From positions 45,570,001 through 45,634,000 of the forward strand of contig CM060734.1 in NCBI GenBank assembly GCA_030704615.1: 64,000 bases of DNA, in the 5' to 3' direction. A program made the position numbers and the translations under genes. The number at the start of each line of letters is the position of its first letter. Position 1 is the stretch's first letter. This stretch comes from Takakia lepidozioides (Eukaryota > Plantae > Bryophyta). Positions 13,601 through 27,173 of the stretch are shown here, piece by piece. A model generated the notes under the pieces. The model saw only the letters and a list, made by a program, of their open reading frames with translations, had not been told where the DNA came from and ran no database searches.

Positions 13601-14589
13601 TTAACAACAAAAACAGACCTTCACTTCCTCTGGGCTGATGACCTGGGTCTTGAGGGCATGCAGGGCTGTCCCTTCCAGCTCATCAACAGAGTTTACCAGA
13701 ACCACTGATACCTCCCTGATGCGCTTATGAACCCTCACAGATTCCTTGTACGTATCGGGACTTCTCATGTCGGTTGGGAGGTGTAACGGTGTAAGCACTG
13801 GGGCTCCTGGAATGAATGTTATGGGCTTTGACTGGTTCTCAGGGGTCAGAGGTAGATAACCCTCTGCAACAAGCCTTTCCACCTGCCAACAATCAACAAA
13901 TGGGACACATGTGTGAGTCTAGCAACGGCTGCACATGGACCCCTCTAAGCAAATTTCAATATGCTAGTTAGTGAAACTAGAGCATTGCGATAAGCTTGCA
14001 CTAGGTCCTTGTGCGTTGTACCATCTGGACAAAATTAGTACATCACAAAGGAAGGGTCTGGCGAAGTAAATCAAAATTCTGGAATGACTGCTGTTCCCGG
14101 TTTCCTAATTCAATCGGTTGAAAATTAAAATACCTGGAACTCCACGGATAGAGTCAGCGCTGCACAGGTAAATACAACATGTCTAGGAATGCGGAACTTG
14201 TAGGCCACGTCCTGAGCCCAGGATGGAAAGAGGTCCGAGAGAATGCAGCAAGGAGCATCAACGTGAGCAGATGTCAACATATCAACTATTACTGCCTCCA
14301 ACAGTCCAGCTAACTTTTCCTCCATTCCCGGTTGCAGATAGCTAAGCATAAAATCTGTCGCTGATATTGACATCCCGTCCCCAAGCTTCACCAACCGCAA
14401 GCCCAGGGAGCTGAACTCCTGTCCAGCCTTGCTCTTCTGTAGCTCTGCAATATGCTGATCTGTACTCACGTAGGTAACAGTGATCCCGCCCGCCATTAAC
14501 CGCTTAGCAGCCTCTTGGATGGGAATAGCGTGTCCAGGGGTCGGACACGGCAGCATGAGAACATGCGGAGAAGAGTACATACCCACCAT
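10653..14589 (-). CDS. Family-1 UDP-glycosyltransferase; exons 14589-14134, 13882-13619, 13415-13121, 11773-11584, 10917-10653
   Basis: N-terminal [16 protein letters not shown] (catalytic His), [23 protein letters not shown], complete PSPG box [44 protein letters not shown] and C-terminal GGSS. GT-AG junctions join in phase. Confidence 0.9.
11950..12775 (+). mobile_element. 3' fragment of a non-LTR retrotransposon inside UGT intron 3 (antisense to the gene)
   Basis: [12 protein letters not shown] (RT thumb region) and [18 protein letters not shown] zinc knuckle; a second copy lies at 38880-39605. Confidence 0.8.
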
Positions 14590-16470
14590 TGTACCAGCAG
14601 TAAAGCTCAAAGCAGCAAGACAACCGAAAACTGATCAAACTCAATTTCGGTGCAACTCTGCAGGATGTAAGTAGATATACAACAACAAAGCCTCGTTCTT
14701 CAATACTTGTAGTCGGTCCACATGTGCCTAAACAAAACGTATTGAAGCTGTACCTCCACCTTGATGGCAACCTCGCTCACAACTCGCCTTTAACAACTTG
14801 CCAAGTAACCTCCTCATCACGAGCTGTGAAGCTCTTCACCATAACGGTAACCACTAAGAGCTCAGAGCGTTGCATTAATAAGTACTGTCCTGCAGAGTGG
14901 GTTTTGCTCTGCTGCCACATTCTCACCACACAGATCGGATTCCTTTGTGTGCATTACTGTATATAGTTAGAGTGCGTTGATGTGAGATCGAGTGTTCGGA
15001 GGTGGATGAATGTCTACAACCTCCTCAAGCCCTGCAGGCTGCTACTTATACTCGTTTTCCTGTCGTCCTTTCCTCTCTCTTTGAAGGTACACCTGCTGTA
15101 ATCTGCATGTGATATAGCAATGCAACCTACCAGTGCTTTTTTTAAGAAATTTGGAAAACAGCACGAGTTGCTATGTTTTGCAAAAAATAGCGGTATCTTC
15201 TGTTCATCCACTTAAATTCGTCCATCATAACATCCATATGTGGCGAATTCATCCATAGTTTATTTTTTATTTGGAGAAATTTGGCGATTTCATCCATGAA
15301 AAAACAGGGAATTTTCGACAGAATGTTCCATTTATTTCTTGAGGTCGAATTTGAATGGGCTGACAGCGAACTTTTTGTGAGAGATAACTAAACGACCCCG
15401 GCATTCGGAGCCAGATTGGGCGTGTTTGTCTGTAGTGCGCAAAAGTGGGGCTGGTGAGTGGTTGGTTACATTCTGGAGTGGTCCGTAATGAGCCGCGTGG
15501 CCACGTGGAATCGAGGCTAGTACTGCACTGGCTATTCCATGGCTGTGGAATCTGCGGGGCATAACAGAATGCTGGTGGATTACCGGTTGACTATTGTGCA
15601 GCTTGTATGGTGGAGGCAAGTGTCACATCACCGTTAACTCGCAAGGTGTTCAGCAGTCCACATCAGACGTAAAAGAAAGGCCTGTGCGAATATGTGGCCC
15701 GCCGCCAAAGCCGTACGGCCCCTACGTCTACGCGGCGTCGCGGGCGAAAGATTGGCGCCGACACATCCACGTCAGCGGCGAGCACTCCATGGGCCTCCGC
15801 TGCGAGGTACCGTTTTATAATATGAGTTCACTTCACAGTCCTTCAAAAATCAGCGTCATAGGCAGATCCAGAAAAAAAAAAACAAAAAAACAATCAAAAT
15901 GACATGAAACAATGGCATGGATATCTGCCCCAACCACCTGAGAAATCAAATCGGCTAGAGGCCAGCCGACACTGCTCTCCGAATAGAAGTGGCCCCGTGC
16001 ATTCTAGCCCAAGTGGTAAATGGCATGGGCCCCACTTGGCCGCCAAGTGCCTCTGTGTGGCACATAAATCTGAAAACCTCTAAAGGCCATAACCTTCTAA
16101 GAGGTCCGCTGGAACACATCCGCCTAGCCGCTTTTCATTCTACCGTGGGCTGCATGACGGTAGGAGGAGCACTATACCATACCAGGCAGGGAATGTAGGG
16201 AATGTAGCTGAGCGAGGACGGTGTAGGGGAGGATAGAGGCCATTAAAGCAGAAGCACATTAACAATCAAGACGTGTACATTCCTATGCACTATTGGACTT
16301 GTGAATTCAGACATATGTATTGATTGATGGTTATATGTGAATTTTATACACAAAATTAGCTTTCTATCGGATTTGGTTTCGTTCTGAACTCTACTCTGCA
16401 GCCCATCTGACAATTTTCTCAAGATCACATGGGAAGACAATATGAATAATGTAGTGCACACCCATGTCGC

Positions 16471-19073
16471 ATGAAGATTGTATATCTGCCCGAACAATGT
16501 GCACCCAAATTATCGACCGGGTCAAGATCAACCTCCCGTGTTCCTGAAACCTCTTTTAAAAGTCTGGCAGGTTCCGACGGTTATTACAATCGGAGTAACA
16601 CTCTACTGATTGATGATACGGCTTTGAAGTGTGAACCCTCCCGAATCATGTCTTCTTCTCAAGTCTTTTGAGAACATAGACGTCGACAATTTCTTTCTTT
16701 GCAAACTTAGGGAATATGGCTTCTTGGAGTTTGATATCGTTTCCAGCTTTTTAAAAGCAAAGAGGATCTGCTTTCCACCTTTCAAAGTTGACGATCCACA
16801 GTTCATGCCTCTACTTGACTATATTGACAATTCACCTTATCGTGAATTGCGAGTTTATGATAATTGAATATTCGTGACCTCTAGAGTACTGAATTTAATA
16901 TTTAATATTTTATTTCGAAGACATGGAATGCAGTCCTTCTCTGGCTATCTTGTGTATTTCGTAAAAAATGTTATCATACAACTTGATTAGCATTGATCTT
17001 TGAATAAGTTTCCCAATCAAATTGGCGACTCGCGTGATCACGCGTTCATGACATTTTTATTTTACATTTTACATGCAGGTATGCCCAAATACATTTGTTG
17101 TGCACGACAAAAATGCATCTACACTTTCCCAAACTTGTGCCTCTCATATAGTTGACGATGTATACATGATCTGGCCAGACTCTTGGAGAGGATCTGACAT
17201 CTTGTTGTCTACTCAGGCATCATTTCATCAAATTGAGCAGGGTCACTTCACTGTTTCCGATGTTGTTTCGGGGCGAGATCTGTCCACTGGGGCCTCCACC
17301 ATTAGTAGGGTCAATGATGTCAATAGGATTGGATGTATCGAGGAAAAAGAAACGCATATTCTTGAGGAATTCACTCTGGAGCCGCCCTCTTCCAATGTCT
17401 TTCAGCCAAACCCGAACATCGGTCCTCTATTTGTCCCCTCGAAACTACAGGTACCATTAGAAGCCAACGTAGCTGAAGGGCCTCTTCATCATGTCGCAAT
17501 TCCAAGCGGATCACCGGATCACGAGGGCTGGACACCCCAGTTGTTGAGAAGTCAGGTGATTAAATTCTGTTTCAGACTTGTTGTTTATTGTTATCGTTTT
17601 TCTTTTCATCCTTTGATTTTGTCTCTCTATTCCAGGCCAGAAAAGCTGTGACGTATGACCTTCCTGTGAAGCGCCAACTTCTGTGGGGTTGCAATCCAAG
17701 GTAATTCTTTTATACGTTTGAATTCGATTCAGGATTTGGAGAAATCAAGGAACCGCATTCCATTATCAGCCGTCAGAGAGAATGTCACTGCACTCAATAT
17801 TTCGACGACTGATTTCATCACACCGACAAGACAACCAAATTTATCTACTATTTCAAAAGCGCCCAGAATTCTGGTAGGTCCTATAAAACGACACCAAACT
17901 CTACAGTCCGCTACGGTGGTTTCCGTCGACGAAATAGCAGCATTCCGTGGCTTTTATCCCTTCAGCATTCACCTGTTTCATGTTCGAATCCCCCTGCGAA
18001 TCGGAGAGTCATTCTTCCCAAGGTATTAGTTATCTCTATTATTTCAAATATTGTTCTTATTATAGGTGTTTTATTGCTTATACTTATGTATATCTTGGAT
18101 TGACCTACAGACATTGGAACCTAACGCGATCGCGCGTGCTTTCTGGACAATCCGGATTGTGATTGATTGTTTCGTGTCGTTTTGATTCTCAGTGTCCAGG
18201 ACATCCATTTACACTATTATATATTCGTTTCAAGGATATACACTCGGGGTAGACAACCAAACGTAAGTGCGTCGTAATGATTCTTTGTTTGAGGTCATAC
18301 TGTACTGGGAATTATTTTGAATTTTGGGTCATATAACAGAAACAAATGAGCTCTATCGGATGGTTCAAAAGGTTGTGTCTCAACCCATGTGTCATGTACG
18401 AAATGAGAAACGATTGGATGGTCAAACTCTTGTTTCTCATCCAAACTGAATGCTCGGAATGGAGAAACGCATTCTACTGGTCCTCAGTGTCAACAGACTT
18501 CTTTGCTACAGACCGCCTCCTACTGGTGGGGAGTTGTTTAAACAAAGGTTCCACCTAGGGAAAGTGACAATTCGTGTTCCCGCAATACCCTTTGTGGTTC
18601 CAAGACCTGGAGTGTTGGAGTTTCTTACACTTGCATTGAGTCACTTTCATGTTGCAATTTGGTCTTGTTCTGATAGGGACACAGTATTCAAGATGTTGGA
18701 GTGTTTCGTTCCCCCGGAAGTTATGAAACAATTTTGCTTCATTTGGTCTGCAGAGCATTGCAGAGATACTGCTGGATATATTAAGCCTAGAATGAAATAT
18801 CTTATTAAAGATATCAAGAGTATTCTTCTAAAATTTAGTGGGAAAGACTTTGTTAGGGGCAAATGCTACTGGTCGATGATGACCCATCCAAGGCGCTCCA
18901 GAACCAGTGAATACTGGAGTCTTCCCAATGACATTCAAGGAATCAAGCAATACGGAGGATTTGGTTTACCTCATCAAAACTTTATGGCTTTTTCTCTCGG
19001 GCTTGATTGGAGCCCCGTCCATTGTTTGATTATGTCAGTAAGATTTCCTCCATATCTTCCGCCCCACCCATAA
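16471..19073 (+). pseudogene. Degraded gene with two FCP1/NIF (HAD phosphatase-like) domains, probably TE-associated
   Basis: 16471-16860 reads NTLLIDDTALKC..NPPESCLLLKSF (C-terminal half). 18450-19000 reads ILLVLSVNRLL..RPGVLEFL..FHVAIWSCS..FIWSAEHC..KDI, then frameshifted MLLVDDDPSKA. Confidence 0.65.
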
Positions 19074-19782
19074 ATCGGAATCATGTCTACTGGTCTTGGT
19101 AAGCACATGTGGATGGGTAGCATAGTGGTAGTGTGCTTAGGTTTGCAGGAGCTGGTCCAGGGTTCGAATATCCTGGATTTCCGGCACAGGAAGGACAAAA
19201 TTTATTGTTTTTCGACAGCCCTTTTTTTTATTTAATTAATGTCGGACAGCCTAGGCAGGTACGGTAAGTCGTGTAATGTAAATTTCCATTTCGAACAAAC
19301 ATCTAAATTATATTTAAAAATGGCTCTTTAAATTATAAGAAATCTCATCTATGGACAATTGAACAAAACACTTCATAATCCAAATATCATTGCAACAAAT
19401 ATTGCAAGACTGTTCTTAAATAATTATCATACGGTATTGTTAACTTCTGATAAAGTACTATTGTTTGTCATAACTATGTACAAAGAAAAACCAAATTGTA
19501 ATGAATTTAACTGAAATTAATAAAAATAAATCAACATTTAACCAACCGAAAATACAACAACATAATGGCTACAAACAGTTTGGACTAAAAAAATAAAAAT
19601 AAAATTTGGACTACAAGGTAACATATTTAACGTACCCTGCACTAGATCGCATGCAAAGTTGCAAATTCCTTTCGCGAAGAAACAATTGTAGGACCTAGAC
19701 CCTGTTATATTAAATATAAGATTATAATAAAATTTTGTTTATTTGTCAGGGAATGTACGTCAGCACTCCATGATTTGTGCAA

Positions 19783-22290
19783 GGAAGATAATAGGAATAA
19801 TGTAAGAACTTAATGCAAGCGCGTCAGGACGGTCCAGCCCTGACACCCGTACCGCCGGGTTCTTCGCCTCCGGCAGACATCGAAAGGCAGCCGGCTGGCT
19901 CGGTCAATCCCTCCCACCCCCGCCCTCATCCCATCGCGTCGTCGCCCAGGCGCGTCGTCGCCCCCTGCGTCCTCGTTCTGCGAACCAGTCCGCCGCTTCC
20001 AGCAGTCTGCCAGTTCCCTGTAACCCACGCCCCGGGGTTCAACCATCAACCCCATGTAACCCTCTGTAACTCCGCCGAGTGTACCCACATTACCATGTAA
20101 CCCTTTGTAACCCATATAACCCCATGACCCTCTGTAACCCATGTAACCCTCTATAACACCACAGAGTGTCACCCCCACCCCTTATGTAAACCCTCACTAC
20201 ATGTAACCCTCTGTAACACTTTGAAACCCCGGTAACCTATGTAACCCTCTGTAACACCGCAGAGTGTCGCCCTCACCCCTTATGTAACCCTCCACTCCAT
20301 GTAACCCTCTGTAACCCATGTAACCTCTGTGACCCTTTAACCCTCACCACCATGTAACCCTCTGGAACACGCAGAGTGTCACCCTCATTCCATGTTAACC
20401 TCTTTGACCCTCTGTAACCTCACTCATGTAACCCTCTGTGACCCTCTATATCCCTCACCAGGTGTAACCCTTACCTCTATGTAACCTCTGTAACACCGCA
20501 GAGTGTCACCCTCGCCACCATGTAACCCTCATCCATGTACCCTCACAAACCCTCTGTGGCTCTGTAACCTATGTAACCCTCTGTAATACCGTAGAGTGTC
20601 GTCCTCACCCCTTATGTAACCCTCTGTAACCCATGTAACCCCTGTGACCTTTGAACCCTCACCACCATTGTAACCCTCTGTAACACCGCAGAGTGTCACC
20701 CTCACCCCTATGTAACCCTCACTCCATGTAACCCTCTCTGACCCTCTATAACCCCCACCACACTGTAACCCTCTGTAACACCGCAGAGTGTCACCCTCAC
20801 CCCTATGTAACCCTCACTCCATGTAACCCTCTCTGACCTCTATAACCCTCACCACCATGTAACCCTCTGTACCCATGTGAACCTCTATATCCCTCACCAG
20901 GTGTAACCCTTACCACCATGTAACCCTCTGTAACACCGCAGAGTGTCACCCTCGTCACCATGTAACCCTCCGTAACCCTCACAAACCCTCTGTGACACCG
21001 CAGAGTGTCACCCCGCATCCCCATGTAACCCTCACTCCATGTAACCCTCTGTGACCCTCCGTGGCTCTGTAACCCATGTAATCCTCTGTAACACCGTAGA
21101 GCGTCACCCTCACCCCTTATGTAACCCTCACTCCATGTAACCCTCACTCCATGTAACCCTCACTCCATGTAACCCTCACTCCATGTAACCCTCTGTAACA
21201 CATGTAACCCTCTGTAACACCTGTAACCCTCTGTGACCCTTTGTAACCCTCACCACCATGTAACCCTCTGTAACACGCCAGGTGTCACCTCACCCCTATG
21301 TAATCCTCACTCAATGTAACCCTCTCTGACCCTCTGTAACCTCTGTAACCATGTAACCCTCTGTGACCCTCTATATCCCTCACTAGGTGTAACCCTTACC
21401 AACCATGTAACCTCTGTAACACCGCAGAGGTGTCACCCCATCCCTATGCATCCCTCACTCATTGTACCCATGTAATCCTCTGTGACCCTGCGTAACCCGT
21501 GTGTACCTTCTGTGACCCTGTGTAAATGTAACCATGTAACCCCACTCCATATAACCCTCTCTGACCCTCTATAACCCATGTAACCCTCTGTGACCTCTAT
21601 ATAACCCTCACCAGGTGTAACCTTCACCGCCATGTAACCCTCAGTACCCCCTCTGTAACACCGTAGAGTGTCACCCTTCACCCTGTGAACCTCAACTCCA
21701 TGTAACCCTATGTGACCTCTGTGACTCTCTGTACCCTCACCAGGTTTAACCCTCACCACCATGTAACCCTCCGTAACCGTTTATCCTCTGTGTAACCAAC
21801 GCTGAGTGTAACCCAACTCCATGTAACCCTCCCATGTAACCCTATGTCACCCTCTGGTACCCATGTAACCTCTGTTACTCGCGAGGTGAACCCTCACTCC
21901 ATGTTATCCTGCATCGTGTAACCCCAATGTAAGCTTGTATCATGTATCCCATATACCCCTCTCCGTGTAACTCCAGTTCCTCGTAACCCCATCATCCCTG
22001 TAACCCTCTGCACGTCAGCGCTTTAGCTCCGCCTCATGTAACCCTCATGTGCAACTCTCACATGTAACCCCACAATGTAACCCCGATACTGTATCAATCC
22101 CAACCGTGTAACCCCCGATTGTGTCACTCATAGCTCGTGTAACCCCGGATCCTTTATCCCCAACGCATGTCACCCCTGTTCGTGTAGCCCCTTAGTGCTC
22201 GGCAAAAATTGGCGGGCTCAAGAGGGGTCAGATATTTTGAATTTCAAACCTGGGTTACACGATTCGGTGACATCAAAACCCACGTGTAAC
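19783..22290 (+). repeat. Left TIR: about 240-bp unique head plus about 2.2-kb TGTAACCC array
   Basis: The head is the reverse complement of about 36820-37057. It is followed by dense tgtaaccc units and a recurring acaccgcagagtgtcaccctc subunit, decaying inward. Confidence 0.92.
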
Positions 22291-22409
22291 CCTCATCGCT
22301 CGTCATTTTCAACCAGGTGCGTAGACGACGTGCAGTCCCGAGGGTTCCGCTGCGTTGCCCGCGTGTTTATTATGCGATTTGTACTGTACTGGTGGTATTG
22401 TTGCTGCTA

Positions 22410-25400
22410 ATGGATGTGCTGCCGCGAAGGTGCTAGACGAGGAACGCAAAGCAGCATTGGAATCAAATGGTTTGAAAGATGAGGCGGGAGAACTCTGTCA
22501 TTTGCAGCATTTGGTATCTCATTTGAAATGAAAGCATCCTACAGATGCCCCTAGACGGGCTTTTCAATCACACAAACCTCCGTTGGATACGCCAGGTTTC
22601 CCAGGGAAAAGGGAAACTGATATCCATCGAAGTAGCTGTCGTCCATGGTCTCGCATTCCTGATTTTCTGAGGGAGAAAATGAGTAGAGTGGATGGAGACC
22701 CAATTATGTTCAAGATCGAAGGTACCTGAGTGAGTTGCCAGATTTGACAAACAAGGTGCAAACAGTTATCGTCAGTGGCATAAGTAAGTCACTTATGAGG
22801 GTTGTATAACATTCCCAGCCCCACTTCTTTCTGCTAGTCTAGCAAAGTCGTATATGGCGATAAACCCTCCTCGCTTTATATGCTTTTTTTGCAGGTACCA
22901 CTGCTTGCTACGGCCCGATAGATAGGCGCCACGGACCCACCGATTATGAAGAAAAAAGAAAGAAAACCGATAGCAGCCTCCGATAATCAAACAGTAGTCA
23001 AGCGAATCAGACGTAAGGCAGCGGATTTCGGAGAGTCATACAAACGTGGGGTGTACGTGTAGCTTCAAAGTTGGCCAGTGTTTTCTAGATTCAGAGTTGG
23101 CAATCATCACATACTTCCAGAAACAGCATGTGGATGCAAAAGAAAGCCATGTCATGGTTCAGATGACCCCTCTTCCCATTTCTCGCGATTCGTGCATGCC
23201 CCTCGTCTCAGCCAAGATATGAAACAGTGGGATCGTCGATAGTCTTCGCAGTGGCCATCTCCAGCTATGGATTATGACACAACACACTCAACAACTCCAG
23301 GAAGCTTGTGCGTCTCAGCTAGGCATGGAGTGGAGTCGCGATTGTTTCTTGTTCGAGTACGACGTGAGAAACATTGCCGACAGCTTGCGATTGAGAGTTA
23401 CAAAAAACATCAGATGTGCACAAAGTGTACGTAGGTGGGTCAATAGCAATCCTGAAGCGTCTTCTTTACATGAAGAGACAGGCCAGTGGCGGGGATTTGA
23501 AGTTCGTATTGGAATACAAACGGAGTGGGCAAAAAACAGAAAAACAGAAAATGATCGACTTGGAAACCAACCGTTGTGTGGATCCTGCGATGCAACATTT
23601 GGGACCAACGAAAATAAGGTATTCGGTCTGGAACGTTTACCTTCATTGCATTCTGAAATGTGAGTGCCAGCAAACTGTTGCCAATATTTTACGCTACCTT
23701 ATTCATTTTTGTACCATTGCGACACATTGCAGTTCCCCAATGTATACCATGATGGTGTTCGACGAATGGCTCAAAGCATACCTGTTGCTTAATTCTATCA
23801 GCGAGAGAGAAACAAAACGACTGACTTGAGCCCCTGGATGAACGTCTTCGCGACCGACTTTCAGAGCAAAACCAGATTGGAGGCCAAATGCTTTTGTTGT
23901 CGACGATGCAGACGCAGAAATCAATGCTATCAGGTACACGGCTAGAAGTTACAATGTTCTGAGTCACACTACAAGTTGCATGCACGAGGGGTTTCATGGA
24001 CGGGTTACACTGCTGCTAGTACACTGAGAATCACAGTAAGAGTTAACACGCGTACACGAGGGGGTGCATTGCTGCCTGTAACCATTGGAGTTCACTGTCA
24101 GTTGCCGAGGGGTTACATGGATGAGGTTTGCAGTGCTGTCTATTACACTGAGGGTTACACTATCAGTTAGACAGATGGTTATACTGCCTTGAGTTGGACG
24201 GAGGGTTACACTGCTGTGAGTTAGACGAGGGTTATTACTACTGTGAGTTTAGAACGAGGGTTACACTGCTATAGTAGACAGAGGGTTACACTGCGAGTTA
24301 CACAGGGAGTTCACGGCGTGTCATACAGAAGTCCTACATGGATTAGGTTGCAATGCTATAGCATGTGAGTTACACTGGGAGCATCGCAGAGGGTTGTATG
24401 GGTTGCGGTCGCTCTGAGAGTTACACGGTGTGTAACATGGATTGCGTTACAGCGCTGCGAGGGGTTATATGTGTTGGGTTTACACTGCTGTGAGTTTCAC
24501 TGATAGTTACATGACCAGATGCAGAGGGGTTACATGAGTCACACTACTAAGAGTGACACTTTGAAGAGTTACACTTTTCTACGAGTTACACTGCGAAGAG
24601 TTCCTCTGATAAGAGTTACACTGACAAGAGTTACACTGATGGATTGGGTGGCATTGATATGTGTGCGTGCATGGAAATCGTTTGGGGACGTAGCAATATT
24701 TCTATGCCTTTGGCATGTTCGCCGCGCTTGGCTGAAACATTCGTGGCGTAAGATGCCCGATCCATACACTCGCAATGCTGTTTTGAAACAGCTTGGCGAC
24801 GTAATGTACGGCATTAACGCCTGTGTGGGAGTCACCCCAGAAGATGAGGGCGCTGGATGGAGCGACTGGAAGATTTTGAATTATTCCTATCCGCTTGCGC
24901 GTGACTTCCTACGTTACATCAGAATGGAATGGGTCCCAAAACTGAGCATGTGGATCACGGGGCTCGTGATATTTCCCCACGCAAGTCAGGAATACTAATG
25001 CCGCAATTGAATCTTGGCACGGAAATTTGAAGACTCGTTTACGCTCGGGAAAGCAAAAGGCTTGATGGCAGGAGAATCGATTGGCTGATCAGCGAACTCG
25101 TGGGTCTGTTCTAACCCACTATTGGTATAGAGATAACTGAAATCGAAAGGGTTCAAAAGGAATGTACGACAGGAGGAATTTATCAGTAATGTGTTTGGAC
25201 TGCAAGGGAGATCCCTGATGTCAATGTCCATTGCCCACTGTTCCTGGTCATCCGGCGATTGTGGATAGTGTTCAAACGGCCGGTCGAAGCTACACAATCT
25301 ATGCACCTGCGACCACCTGGGCTTGTTGCGATTGTCCATGGGCTTTGAAGGGTAACTTGTGCAAACATCAAATCGCGTTCTTCAATTGATGAAGCCAAAT

Positions 25401-25815
25401 CTGAAGGAAGGGCTTATTGTGAAGCTCTGTGGCACAAAGCTCGGGACCATTCATGGAGGTCTTCACATGTTGATGAAATCGGAACTTCCAGATTTAATGC
25501 AGAGGAGGAAGTTGTGAATCTAGCAGAGCCTACGGAGTGCTCAGCATCATCCCGGCGTGGTCGGCAGGAGCCATCGATGTTTCATCAATTGAATCTGAGA
25601 TGGAAGATGCCCTGTGCGCTCTTGGCAATGAGAGTGAAACAATGCGCAAACATTGTGCTTGCGAGCTTCGTTGTGTTCGTGGAGGCTGTCCACTTTACAA
25701 GTTGAGAATCGACAAAGGTCTGTTGCACCCTCTTCAAGCAGTTCCATTCATAAAAATGATGATGGAAACAACATGTCCCTTGCCAGAAAGTAGATTTTGT
25801 AGACCGGTTCCGTAG
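22410..25815 (+). CDS. MULE DDE transposase with C-terminal SWIM finger (spliced, frameshifted in this consensus)
   Basis: PWSRIPDF, KRG.TCSF, IGIQTEW, DATFGTN (D1), MYTMMVFDEW, WRPNAFVVDDADAEI (D2), CLWHVRRAW (CxxH), TNAAIESWHG (E), IDWLI and CDCPWALKGNLCKH (SWIM). An intron at about 23934-24670 is filled with GGGTTACA variants. The start is approximate. Confidence 0.88.
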
Positions 25816-27173
25816 TAAGTGACATTGAGTCCATTGGCAATGACACTTACTTTGTGATCACCAAGTTTAATATGAAGTACATGTCTGTTCATGGGTGTTA
25901 TTCACTTTGCCATTCCATCCCACATTAAACTATGTAACCCACTCAATGGGACACCCATGGGCCGGGGTACACACGCAGGGTTACACTGTCTGGGGTTTCA
26001 TAACGTAACATAGCTCTACTTAGTGTAATTGCATCTGTGGTACTCCACACAGTGTAACACAGATGAGTGTGACCTCTCAGTGTAACTCATTGTGGTTTAA
26101 CTAACTCAAGTGTTAACTGCAATGTAACTATCAACAGTGTAAACTAGTATGTAACCCCATAGAATATTGCTGTCAGTGGTGTAACTCTGAGAACAATGTG
26201 ACTACAAGGTGAACTACAGGGTCGGGGTTAGTCTGCCGGGGTTACATGACCCTTCAATACAGAGTGGGAAGATGTTGAGTCGAGCACCTTTAGTCACCAA
26301 CACTAGCCCCTGTATGTGAACCCTCTATGTGTAACCCAATTTGTGTGTAACCCATGGACGTGTAATCCATGAGATAGATAATCATTCCGTTCAACCTATG
26401 TTATGGACCAGTGTAGCCCTCCGGAGTGTAACTTGTTGTGTGTTACCCCAAGAAGATGTATCCCGACCATATGTAACCCCCATTGATGTCACCACATCGC
26501 ATCGCATGTAACCCCATTGTACATTTGGGGTGCACGTATTAAAACCCGATGCACATCACACCCCATCTTATGTATCCCACGACACGTAGCCCTTGTATAG
26601 GCAACCCTGCCACGTTTCATTGTGCACAGTGTAACTTAGAACTGTGTAACCCCTCTTGAGTGAGTGTAACCCCCAGAGTGTTGTAACTCCAAGAAGTATG
26701 TAGCCCGACCAGATGTTACCCCCACACTATGTGACCCATCGTATGTAACCCATTGTACATAGCCCTCATGTATGTAACCCCATGTAGTATAAATCTGAGA
26801 AACTTCAGTGCACAAACACTTCAGTGCGAAAATAAAAAAAAATAAAACAAATGCGCATAGTCGAGGTGGGGTTACATGCCACGAAAGTATAACTGTTTCA
26901 GCAACGTGACCCTGACATAGCCAGGTATGGAACCCATAAGTGTAACCCCACGTTGTGAGACCCGGCATGGTGTAAAACCCATTCTTATGTGTGAACCCAC
27001 AGAGGAGTAGCCCATTGCCCCAGGGCCCCAAAGGTTTACCCAAGTACTTGTCTATGATTCCACTTCATGTAACCTATAAGGTGTAACCCCATGTAAGCCC
27101 ATTGCATGAAAACCCAACTATGAAGTGTTACGAACAAACCACATAGAAGCAAAAATGCATCAAGAGACGCTAT

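Noticed and set aside
20020-22290. Array as a CRISPR, a true telomere or an interstitial telomere
   Set aside because: There are no unique spacers or cas genes and the context is eukaryotic. The array is mirrored at 33955-36820 and enclosed by TIR tips and a 9-bp TSD, so it belongs to a transposon.
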